Assembly: GCA_963718895.1 (NCBI GenBank)
Contig: CAVRAG010000001.1
Location: 10,265-74,264 of the forward strand
Source: an uncultured Nitrososphaerota archaeon
GTDB lineage: Archaea; Thermoproteota; Nitrososphaeria; Nitrososphaerales; Gagatemarchaeaceae
Reading direction: 5' to 3'
DNA length: 64,000 nucleotides
Shown: positions 47,282 to 56,957 of the stretch, in pieces
How positions within the stretch are numbered: position 1 is the stretch's first letter
Layout: every line of letters begins with the position of its first letter
Position numbers and translations under genes: made by a program
The notes under the pieces: generated by a model
The model's input: the letters and a program-made list of their open reading frames with translations, nothing else
Databases searched by the model: none
Told to the model about the DNA's origin: nothing

Positions 47282-48496
47282 TCAGCCAAAGGCTTCGAAG
47301 TCCGTTCCCAGGACGGAGACGGCGATCTTCTGCTCAAGAATCTCGTCGGTCCCCTCGTAGATCCTGCACACCCTCGTGTCGATCAGGTGCCGACCGGGCC
47401 TATTCTCCAGGGAGTATCCGTTCGCCCCGAAGACCTGGACGGCGCGGTTGGCTGCGTCGAATGAGGCGTTCGCCGCGAAGTATTTCGCCTTGGCGATGGC
47501 CGCGTCCGCCGCGTCCCTGATGTTCAGGTCAGCCGGCTGCTCCTGGTGCTTCTGGCGGAGGACTGCTGCGTGTATCGTCAGCCACCTGGCAGCCTCGAGG
47601 TTCACGGCCATGATTCCGATGTGCCTCTGGACGAGCTGATGCTTCCCGATCAGCTTCCCATGCTGCACCCTGATGCCAGAGTAGCGAGCCGCCTCATCGA
47701 GACAGTCGCGGATGACCCCCACGCATCCCGCGGCGACGCTCAGCCTGCCGCTCATCAGAGCGGAGTAGGCGACCGAGAGCCCCTTCCCTGCGGGACCGAG
47801 CAGGTTCTCCCTCGGGACTTCGCAGCCGTCCAGGAAGATCGCGGCCGTGTCCGACGAGTAGAGCCCCATCTTGTTCTCTATCCCTTCGGCGGAGAACCCG
47901 GCCGTTCCCTTCTCGACTAAGAACGCACACATCCCTTCATTCCTCCCCTTCGGGTTCGCGAAGATGATCGCTGTGTCGGCTATCGAGCCGTTCGATATCC
48001 ACATCTTCTGGCCGCTGAGGATGAACCCGTCCCCCTTCTCCTCGAAGTTGGTCCTCAGGGAGCGCGGGTCGCTCCCCGCCTCAGGCTCGGTGAGGCCGAA
48101 CGCGAGGATCTTCTCTCCCCTGGTTCCAGGAGTCAGGTACCGCTCCCTCTGCCGCTCATCGCCCCATTTCTGGACCGTGAGCATCCCGAGAGATGTGTGC
48201 CCCGAGAAGAACGTCCGAACGCCAGTCCCTTCCCTGCCTATCCTCTCGATGGCAAGGGCGTAGGTGACCATGTCGACGCCCTGTCCGTCCCCGTACCTTC
48301 TGGATATCGGGAGGCCCAGCAGGTGCGCCTCGCCGAAGAGCCTGGGAACCTGACCGTCGAAGCGGTGCTCCAGGTAGCAACTGTCTTCGACAGGTCTTAT
48401 CTCCCTGCAGACCCGGTCCACCTGCTCCAGGAGGAGCTCCTGCTCCTCGGTCAGCCCGAGCTCGAACTTCGAGATGTCCGCGAAGTCGCCGGACAG
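47282..48496 (-). CDS. Acyl-CoA dehydrogenase (probable CTG start)
   Basis: FGLTEPEAGSD, GQKMWISNG, KMG, GRLSVAA, QVFGANGYS, IYEGTDEI; the frame extends to LTEEQ and a CTG at 48496. Confidence 0.93.
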   Translation of the reverse strand: MSGDFADISKFELGLTEEQELLLEQVDRVCREIRPVEDSCYLEHRFDGQVPRLFGEAHLLGLPISRRYGDGQGVDMVTYALAIERIGREGTGVRTFFSGHTSLGMLTVQKWGDERQRERYLTPGTRGEKILAFGLTEPEAGSDPRSLRTNFEEKGDGFILSGQKMWISNGSIADTAIIFANPKGRNEGMCAFLVEKGTAGFSAEGIENKMGLYSSDTAAIFLDGCEVPRENLLGPAGKGLSVAYSALMSGRLSVAAGCVGVIRDCLDEAARYSGIRVQHGKLIGKHQLVQRHIGIMAVNLEAARWLTIHAAVLRQKHQEQPADLNIRDAADAAIAKAKYFAANASFDAANRAVQVFGANGYSLENRPGRHLIDTRVCRIYEGTDEILEQKIAVSVLGTDFEAFG

Positions 48497-48497
48497 C

Positions 48498-48932
48498 CTA
48501 GGACCACCTTTCCTTCCTCACCCTCTCCCTGATGTGCCCGATTATCTCCTCCATCGAGGTCCCGGGACCGTAGAGGCCTGTGATCCCCAGCTCGAGGAGC
48601 TTCGGCTTGTCCTCCTTCGGGATGATCCCGCCTCCGACCACCACGATGTCCTTCCCACCCTTCTTGTCCAGGGCCTTCTTCACCCTCGGGAAGGCCGTGA
48701 GGTGGGCCCCGTTCAGCAGCGAGAGGGCCACGACGTCGACGTCCTCGTCGACCGCCATCTGGGCCACTTCGTCGGGGGTCGGGAGAAGTCCGCTGTAGAT
48801 CACCTCCATCCCGGCGTCACGGAAGGTCCTGGCTAGGACGAGGACGCCCCTGTCGTGGCCGTCGAGCCCGGGTTTGGCTACGAGTATCCTGATCTTCCTC
48901 GACGTTAGGGAGGTCTTCGGTCTGGGCATCAT
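48498..48932 (-). CDS. Methylmalonyl-CoA mutase small (cobalamin-binding) subunit
   Basis: KPGLDGHDRG (DxHxxG), SLLNGAH, VGGGIIP. Confidence 0.93.
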   Translation of the reverse strand: MMPRPKTSLTSRKIRILVAKPGLDGHDRGVLVLARTFRDAGMEVIYSGLLPTPDEVAQMAVDEDVDVVALSLLNGAHLTAFPRVKKALDKKGGKDIVVVGGGIIPKEDKPKLLELGITGLYGPGTSMEEIIGHIRERVRKERWS

Positions 48933-49005
48933 GTTTCACGGCGATAATCTGATACAAAAGTATTCCACAGTGGCGCTCTTATGCGCACTTAGCCTCAGCC
49001 TTTGA

Positions 49006-49938
49006 ATGAAGTTAGAGAGAGACCGTCTCTGCGAGCTGTACCTTAATTCGGGATTCTCCATGCCCAGCATAGCAAAGGAGCTCGGAGTCTCCAAGAGTAA
49101 TATCGAATACTGGATGAAAAAGTTTGGAATTCCTAGGAGACCACTTCTTAGGTACCCTAGGGCACGTTTCGCGGGCGACTCCAGAGAGAAAGCGTACATT
49201 CTTGGTCTTCGCTACGGGGATCTGTAAGCTGCGCGGTACAAGAAAGGAATCGCAGTCGGCACAACCACCACGCATCCGGCGATGGCCGAGCTGTTCTGAC
49301 TAACGTTCCGAAAATACGGCCGAATCTACATGCATCCGGTCTTCAATGGGGAGAATAATGCATACCAATGGGCCCTACGCGTCGTGGTTCATGACTCGTT
49401 TTCCTTCATCCTCGGCAAGCCTCTTGAACCGCCCAAATGGGCGTTGGCGAATCACAACATTCTGGACTTCGTAGCTGGCTTCTTCGATGCAGAAGGATCC
49501 ATTTTCATAACAACTCGAATCAGGCACAATCGATGGAGAGTCATTGAAACTTCGCTTAGTATCAGTAACACTCGAAAGGGCCTGTTGCGAGTCGTAGCCT
49601 TGCTCTTGCGCGACTATCACCCAACCGTTGAGTTATACCGTCGTAAGGGCCCAGACCCCTCGGCCTACCGGGGAATCCGAAAGAGGAATCAATGGAGGCT
49701 CATTATCAGGAGGCGGGTTGCTGTAGAACGACTCTTGCGGGAGTGGTCTATCAGGCATCCCGAGAAGGTCCTGAGGTCGAACATAGCATTGGCCACGCTG
49801 AGGGGACTACCATACGTCAATGTACAGAGTTCCGTCAGAAAGCTGCGGCGCCAGATTAGAAAGGAAATCGAGGCATTTGCTACTCTCGCGGCCGTTCAGA
49901 GTAGGATCAGTCATGAGCTTGCGTCGAAGCAATCTTAG
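49006..49938 (+). pseudogene. Free-standing HTH + double LAGLIDADG homing endonuclease with two in-frame stops
   Basis: One frame throughout: HTH (IAKELGVSKSNIEYWMKKFGI), YILGLRYGD, TAA at 49225, TGA near 49297, then FVAGFFDAEGSI. Visibly lower GC than the flanks. Confidence 0.85.
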
Positions 49939-51696
49939 ATCAGGAGAGGTTCTGACCACACCCCGAAAATGTCTCTGCCCACCTGCATTATCTCGCCGAG
50001 CGTAGCGTAGGCCATCACGGCGTCCATCATCGGATACATCGAGTTCGCATCGGGGTCCGCGTAGGCCTTGCGCAGCTTCTCTAGAAGGGACTTGACCTTG
50101 GCGCCGTCCCGCTCGTCCTTGACCTTGCGAAGCCGGTTTATCTGCCGCTTCTGGGCCCTGAAGTCTATCTTGAGGGTGTTGATCGGCGCCTCTTCCTGCA
50201 GTGGAGTACTTGTTGACGCCCACGACCGCGTCCTCGCCGCTCTCGACGCGCTTGGAGAGCCTGTAGGAGTTCTCGGCAATCTCCCTCTGGAGGTACCCGG
50301 ACTTTATCGCCTTGAGCAGCCCTCCGGCGCGAGTCTATCCTCTCGAAGTACCTGTACGCCTCGTCCTCGAGCTTCTCGGTCAGCCACTCGACATAGTACG
50401 AGCCTCCGAGCGGGTCTATCACGCTCGGTCACCCCGGTCTCCTCGGCGATTATCTGCTGCGTCCGGAGCGCCACCTGGACAGCCTGCTCGGTGGGGAGCG
50501 CCCACGCCTCGTCGAAGGAGTTGGTGTGGAGGGACTGCGTGCCCCCGAGCACCGCGGCCAGCGCCTCGAGGGCGGTCCTGACGACGTTGTTGTAGGGCTG
50601 CTGCCATGTGAGCGAGGCGCCCGAGGTCTGGGTGTGGAACCTCATCAGGAGGCTCCTGGGGTTCTTCGCGCCGTACTTCTCGCGGAGGACGGTCGCCCAT
50701 ATCCTCCTCGCGGCCCTGAACTTGGCTATCTCCTCGAAGAAGTCCATCGTCGAGTTGAAGAAGAAGCTCAGCCTCGGGGCGAAGTCGTCGACCTTGAGCC
50801 CGGCCTCGAGCCCGAGCTCGACGTATCCGAAGCCGTCGGCGAGGGTGAACGCGAGCTCCTGGACGGCGCTCGAGCCGGCCTCCCTGATGTGATAGCCGCT
50901 GATGCTGACGTAGTTCCACTGGGGCATGTTCTTGGTGCAGTAGACCATCATGTCCCTCACTATCCGGAGGTGGGCCTCCGGAGGGTAGGCCCACTCCTTC
51001 TGGGCGATGTACTCCTTCAGCATGTCCGCCTGCACCGTCCCCTTCAGCGACTGCCAGCGGGACCCCCGTCTTCCTCGCGACCCCGGCGTACATGCAGGTC
51101 AGGACGGCGGCCGGGGCGTTGATCGTCATCGAGGTGCTGACCTTGTCGAGCGGGATCCCGCGGAAGATCGACCTCCATGTCCCTGAGCGAGGAGACGTTG
51201 ACTCCGCACCTTCCGACCTCGCCGTGGGCCTTCTCGTGGTCGGCGTCGTAGCCGTAGAGCGTGGGCATGTCGAAGGCGATGCTCAGCCCCGTCTCGCCGT
51301 GCTCGAGAAGCAGCTTGAGCCTCTTGTTAGTGTCCTCGGGCGTCCCGAACCCCGAGAACATCCTCATGGTCCAGAGCCTTCCCCTGATACATCGACGGGT
51401 AGACCCCTCTCGTGTATGGGTAGACCCCAGGGAACGCGAGCTCGGAGAACGGCTGGTCCTTCACATCATCGGGAGTGTACATCGGGCTTGAGCGTTATCC
51501 CGGAGGCAGTCTGGAACTCCTTCCTCTTCGCGCCCTCCCCTGCTGAAGGTCCGAAGACGTGGGCCTGCCACTGCTGCACGCCCCTGTGCACCTCCCTGAG
51601 CGTCGCTTCGTCGAAGACCCCGCCGCTCCTCTTCTTCCCTGTGCCGAGCGACCGCGCTTTCCTCGACCAGTATGCCTCCCCGCCCGAGTTCAGCAT
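49935..51696 (-). CDS. Methylmalonyl-CoA mutase large subunit (several frameshifts)
   Basis: Fragments in successive frames: [85 protein letters not shown]. Confidence 0.92.
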
Positions 51697-51734
51697 CGGG
51701 CGCCAAGCGAACCAGCCCACAGATAAACGATATC

Positions 51735-52409
51735 CTAGAACTCCAAGAGGCCCGTCCTGTCCTCGATCCGGGCCTGGCCCGAGTCGTCCAGGTCGACGAC
51801 CAGTCGCCCCGCCTCGTCCACCCCCCTTACCACGCCAGAGACGGCCCTGCCCCCGCGGTCCGCGACGACCCTGCCTCCAGCGTTCTCGAGCATCGATGAG
51901 ATTCGCGGGAGGATTTGCGGGTACATCTGCTTCACCCACCCCGAGTGCATCCACGAGAGAGAGTCGAGAACCTTCGACTCGAGCATCTCCGGGTCGACGT
52001 CCACGCCAAGGAGGTCGTGGAGCGACGTAGAGCCAGCCTTTGGGGGGTCTCGGAGGTTGATCCGGAAGTTCAGTATCACCCAGGGACGATTCGTCCCTCC
52101 GCCTTGCACCAACGAAGTAGCCGCGATCATGTCCCGGCCTGCAACCACCTCGTCGGGCCACCGCATCCACGTGATTATCCCGGTGTCCTTCCTTATGCCC
52201 TCCGAGGCACAGAAGGTGGCGATGATCGCCAGGAGGCCGCGGGGCCGGTCCGGCCTAGGCCTCAGGATGACCGAGAAGCTGAGCGACTTCCGACCCGCGG
52301 TCCCAGCCCGGATCACCGTCCCCTCCGGGGCCCCCTCGGAGGCCATCTCCATCGCGAGGGACTCTGGGTCGAGCCGCGTCTTCTTCCTCTCCCATCCAAT
52401 CGACGACAA
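51735..52409 (-). CDS. BirA/biotin-protein-ligase-like protein, degenerate active site
   Basis: EGAPEGTVI, LSFSVILRP, MRWPDEV (cf. KWPND), C-terminal GVDEAGRLVV; lacks the GRGR loop and catalytic Lys. Confidence 0.7.
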   Translation of the reverse strand: MSSIGWERKKTRLDPESLAMEMASEGAPEGTVIRAGTAGRKSLSFSVILRPRPDRPRGLLAIIATFCASEGIRKDTGIITWMRWPDEVVAGRDMIAATSLVQGGGTNRPWVILNFRINLRDPPKAGSTSLHDLLGVDVDPEMLESKVLDSLSWMHSGWVKQMYPQILPRISSMLENAGGRVVADRGGRAVSGVVRGVDEAGRLVVDLDDSGQARIEDRTGLLEF

Positions 52410-52497
52410 GGGTCCCTGGTGAGGGTCCTCTTCCGGCGGATATAACGAAGGGGATTAGTTTAATTCGAGACTTCGTGCCGAGCAGGCTGGTGACGAG

Positions 52498-53454
52498 ATG
52501 GGAGAGGTGACCCTAGCCGGCCGCGTCCTGAAGGGCGACAGGAGAGCCGTGGCGCGGGCGATCACCATGGTCGAGAACGGAGAGGCATCCGCAGACCTCC
52601 TCGACACGATCGGGAAGAACACCGGGAGCGCCTTCATCCTCGGGTTGACAGGGCCACCCGGGACCGGCAAGAGCACGCTCGTCGACAGGGTGATCTCAGA
52701 GTACAGGAACCGAAAGATCAAGGTAGGGGTAATCGCCGTGGACCCGACCAGCCCCATAACGGGGGGCGCCCTCCTCGGAGACAGGGTGAGGATGGTCCAG
52801 CATACTCTGGACAGCGGGGTCTTCATCCGCAGCATGGCGTCACGGGGATGGAGCGGGGGGCTCTCGGGCGCGGTCTCCGAAGCGATCCAGATACTCGACG
52901 CAGCCGGGATGAAGGTGGTCGTCATCGAGACCGTGGGGATCGGCCAGTCGGACATCGAGATAATGAAGATAGCCCACGCGGTCGTCGTTGTCACCATGCC
53001 GGGACTCGGGGACGACGTCCAGGTCTCGAAGGCGGGGCTCATGGAGATAGGCGACGTCTACGCTGTGAACAAGTCCGACCTTCCAGGAGCAGACGCGATG
53101 GTGATCAACCTGCTCTCGGTCGTCCGCGGCATGAAGGGTAAGAGCCCACCCGTGCTCAGGGTCTCGGCCCTGAAGGGCGAGGGCGTGGAGGCGCTCTTCG
53201 AAGCTGTGGAGGCTCTCCGCGCCAGGTTCATCTCCCCCGAGGGCAGGGAGATGCGGCTCCGCAGCGTCGGGGGGATGATAATGGAGCTCGCCAAGAGGAA
53301 GCTCCTCAGCGACTTCGAAGGCAGGGCGTCCCCAAGGTCGTCCCAGCTCGCAGCGAAGGTCGCGGACCACAAGATGACCTATGCACAGGCGGCAGGACTC
53401 CTCGTCGACAGCCAAGGGAGATATCGGGGCGCGCCGGGAGCGCGGAGGCGATAG
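52498..53454 (+). CDS. meaB: Methylmalonyl-CoA mutase-associated GTPase MeaB
   Basis: GPPGTGKST, AVDPTSPITGGALLGDRVRM, IRSMASRG, IETVGIGQSD, NKSD. Confidence 0.95.
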   Translation: MGEVTLAGRVLKGDRRAVARAITMVENGEASADLLDTIGKNTGSAFILGLTGPPGTGKSTLVDRVISEYRNRKIKVGVIAVDPTSPITGGALLGDRVRMVQHTLDSGVFIRSMASRGWSGGLSGAVSEAIQILDAAGMKVVVIETVGIGQSDIEIMKIAHAVVVVTMPGLGDDVQVSKAGLMEIGDVYAVNKSDLPGADAMVINLLSVVRGMKGKSPPVLRVSALKGEGVEALFEAVEALRARFISPEGREMRLRSVGGMIMELAKRKLLSDFEGRASPRSSQLAAKVADHKMTYAQAAGLLVDSQGRYRGAPGARRR

Positions 53455-53455
53455 G

Positions 53456-54824
53456 ATGAACATAGCAGAGAGGCTGAGCGAATACGCGCAGTCGTTGAGC
53501 TACTCCGACCTTGGGGAGGACGTCACCCTCGAGGCCAAGAAGAGGATCATCGACAGCCTGGGGTGCGCCATCGGTGCGTTCGGAGAGGCCCCGGTGAAGA
53601 TAGCGAGGAAGGTCGCCGACTCGAACCACCAGGGCGGGTCCTCGACGATCCTGGGCCTCGAGGCCAAGACGTCTCCCGATCATGGCGACCTTCGTGAACG
53701 GGCTCATGGTGAGGTACTTCGACTACAACGACACCTACCTCTCGAAGGAACCTGCCCATCCGAGCGACAACATCTCCGCTTGCCTCGCCGTCAGCGAAAG
53801 GGAGGGGTCCTCTGGGAGGGACCTTCTGACCGCCATCGTCCTCGCCTACGAGATTCAGTGCAGGCTCTGCGACGCCGCCGACATCAGGCACAGGGGCTGG
53901 GACCACGTCTGCTACGGGCTGGTCTCGAGCGCCCTCGCCGCTGGGAAGATCATGGGCCTTCAGAGGCAGAAGCTCACTCACTCCGTCAACATCTCGCTGA
54001 ACGCTCACATCGCGATGAGGCAGGTGAGAGCCGGAGAGCTCTCAGAATGGAAGGGGGCCTCGTTCGCCAACGCCGCGAGGAACGCGGTCTTCTCAGCCCT
54101 CCTTGCAGGCTCAGGGGATGACAGGGCCCTCACCGATCTTCGAAGGAGAGATGGGGTTCTTCAACCAGGTCTCTGGCCCCTTCGAGCTGGACACCTCGAG
54201 CTTCGGAGGCGGAAGAGAACAGGTTCAGGCTCGGGGAGACCTACATCAAGTTCTTCCCGGCCGAGTACCACGCCCAGAGCGCCATCTGGGCAGCGCTCGA
54301 AGCGAGGAAGAGGATCGGGAGCCCCGATGAGATCGTCTCCGTGGAGGTGGAGACCCACGAGGCGGGCTACACCATACTCAGCAAGGACAAGGAGAAGTGG
54401 GCTCCCTCGACCAAGGAGACCGCCGACCACAGCCTGCCCTACATGGTGGGCATGGCCCTGCTCCAGGGGAAGGTAGACAACTCGACCTACTCGGCGAGGA
54501 ACCTCTCAGACCAGGCGCGTGCTCTCGTTCCTGAAGAAGATCAGGGTGAAAGAGGACAAGGCGCTCACGGAGGCCTACCCGAAACACATCGCGAACCGCG
54601 TCACGCTCAGGCTGAAGGACGGGCGGACGCTGACAGAGCAGGTCGACGACCCCAAGGGCCACCCAAACAACCCGATGACCCGGGAGGAGGTCGAGGCGAA
54701 GTTCATGAAGCTGACCAAGAGGTTCCTGAAGGAGTCAGAGGCCAGGGCGATAACGAACTTCGTCTGGAACCTCGAGAGGCAGAGGCGCGTCGCGGCGCTC
54801 CCGGAGCTCTGCGTCGTCCGCTGA
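53456..54824 (+). CDS. prpD: 2-methylcitrate dehydratase (MmgE/PrpD), frameshifted
   Basis: IIDSLGCAIGA; RYFDYNDTYLSKEPAHPSDN; RAGELSEWKG; IKFFPAEYHAQS; KETADHSLPY; PKGHPNNPMT, spread across frames. Confidence 0.9.
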
Positions 54825-55939
54825 TCAGCGCTTCTCTATCGGGACGTACGCCTTGTCGCTCGGGCCTACGTAGGTCGCGTCGGGCCTGAACAACTTGTTG
54901 TGGACCATCTGCTCGTTGTAGTGGGCCGCCCACCCCACAATCCTGCTGGACGCGAATATCGGGGTGTAGACGGGTATCGGGATTGAGAGGGTGTAGAAGA
55001 TGGGGGCTGCGTAGAAGTCCAGGTTCGCGGGTATCTTCTTCGCCGTCCACATGGCATCGGCCACGCCCTCGCAGAGCCTGTAGAGGTCGTCGCCCTGTCC
55101 CTTCTCCTCGACGAGCCTCTTGAGCATTCCCCTGCTGAGCTGGGCGCGGGGGTCGACCTTCTTGTATATCCGGTGGCCGAATCCCATGACCTTCTTCCCC
55201 TGGGCTAGGCGCGTCCCGTATGTAGTCCTCCGCCCGGTCGGCCGACCCCACCTCCAGCAGCATCTCCATCGCCGCCTCATTGGCCCCGCCGTGGAGGGGA
55301 CCCTTGAGCGCGGCCAGGCCCGCCGTGGAGGCCGCGGCGAAGTCAGCGAGCGTTGACGCGACGACCCTCACTGTGAAGGTCGAGGCGTTCATGTCGTGCT
55401 CGAGGTACAGTATGAGCTCGCGTTCGAACGCCCACGAGTCGAACCTCTCCGGGCGGCTTCCCGCTGAGCATGTAGAGAAGGTTGGAGGCGTGGTTCAGGG
55501 ACGGATCGGGCTCGATGACCGGCATGCCGCTGACTATCCTGTAGCAGTTTGCCGACAGGGCGGGCATCTTTGCGATGAGCGAGTACTGTTGCTCGCGGAC
55601 ATCGAGCGACCCCTCTATCGCTCCCAGGGCGGAGAGGGCGGTCCTTAGCACGTCCATCGGGTGCGCGCCGCTTGGGAGTCTTCGCACGATGTCGTAGACG
55701 GCCTCCGGGACCTTGGCGCGGAGCCGCAATTTCTCGATGAACCCATTCAGCTCCGCCCTGCTAGGGAGCCTCCCCTCGAGGATGAGGAACGACGACTCCT
55801 CGAACGAGGCGTTGTCGAAGAGCTCCTTTATCGGATAGCCTCTGTAGGTGAGCGAGCCGTCGGGACTGCCCTTCGAGATGCTCGTCTCGGCGACCGCGAC
55901 GCCGTAAAGACCGTCTGGCGCGCGAATCACGTCTGGCAA
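54825..55939 (-). CDS. prpC: Citrate/2-methylcitrate synthase, frameshifted
   Basis: LTYRGY, HPMDVLRT, MNASTF, LKGPLHGGANE, GFGHRIYK..DPR, NLDFY; follows prpB. Confidence 0.85.
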
Positions 55940-56007
55940 CGCTGATTTTTCACCGTTTTGTCCGCAGAGGCACTATTAATTGTTAGCCATTCGGCACACA
56001 CTACTTG

Positions 56008-56907
56008 CTAACTGGTGTCGAGCATCTTCGTGGCCTTTCTGGCAGCCCTTCTGTCGGCGGTGTCGAAGTCGCGGTAGCCGATGAGGTCGTAGAACTCGTC
56101 CCTCTGCATCATCTCCTTCAGGAGACCCTTCTGTGTCCCTTTTACGGCCAGTTCGGCCAGCGCCTCCTCGACGGACTTCATCATCACCCTGAAAGTCGTG
56201 ACGGGGAATATGACCAGCTTGTATCCTAGCTTCTCGAACTCAGGGACCGAGATGTACTCCGTCTTGCCGAACTCCGTCATGTTCGCGAGGAGAGGGATCT
56301 CCACCTTCCTGGCAAACTCCCTGAACTCGGCGCGGGTGCGAAGAGCCTCTGGGAAGATGACGTCGGCGCCCGCGCGGACGTAGAGCCGGGCCCTCTCGAC
56401 GGCCGCGTCGAGGCCCTCCACCGAGGCGGCGTCGGTCCTGGCCACTATCACCAGCCCCCGGTTCGAGGCTTCCCTTGCGGCGATGAGCTTCTCCAGCATC
56501 TCTTCCTCGCTGACGAGCTGCTTCCCGTCCAGGTGGCCGCACCTCTTCGGCATTACCTGGTCCTCGACCTGGATTCCGGCCGCGCCGGCCCTCTCCATCT
56601 GGGAGACGGTCCTGCCCATGTTGACGGCCTCTCCGAAGCCCGTGTCCACGTCGACGATCAGAGGCAGGTCGACCCTCGAAGTGATCTGCGCCACAGCCCC
56701 GGTGACTTCCGTCAGCGTCGTGACTCCCACGTCGGGCAGGCCGAGGAGGCCGGAGAAGGCCGCGCCGGAGAAGTACAGGGCCCTGAAGCCTGCCTTTGCG
56801 GCGAGCAGCGCCACGGCTGGGCTGAAGACTCCGGGGACAGCCGTGCATCCGTCGTGAAGGACCAGCTTTCTGAGTCTCGCCGGCGCTTCGCCTGAGCTGT
56901 CTCTCAA
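56008..56907 (-). CDS. prpB: Methylisocitrate lyase
   Basis: DVDTGFG, EDQVMPKRCGH, ARTDA, ANMTEFGKT. Confidence 0.95.
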   Translation of the reverse strand: MRDSSGEAPARLRKLVLHDGCTAVPGVFSPAVALLAAKAGFRALYFSGAAFSGLLGLPDVGVTTLTEVTGAVAQITSRVDLPLIVDVDTGFGEAVNMGRTVSQMERAGAAGIQVEDQVMPKRCGHLDGKQLVSEEEMLEKLIAAREASNRGLVIVARTDAASVEGLDAAVERARLYVRAGADVIFPEALRTRAEFREFARKVEIPLLANMTEFGKTEYISVPEFEKLGYKLVIFPVTTFRVMMKSVEEALAELAVKGTQKGLLKEMMQRDEFYDLIGYRDFDTADRRAARKATKMLDTS

Positions 56908-56957
56908 TCGGTAGGCCGGCGAAGAGGGGTCGGGCCGCCTTAAGAACGATTACGGAT

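Noticed and set aside
49225-49299. In-frame TGA/TAA in the LAGLIDADG gene as recoding (Sec or readthrough)
   Set aside because: One stop is TAA, neither is at a Cys-like catalytic position, and decay is expected for homing endonucleases.
48933-49938. LAGLIDADG insert as an archaeal intron or intein
   Set aside because: It is intergenic and antisense, both flanking genes have their own termini, and I saw no bulge-helix-bulge or intein splice motifs.
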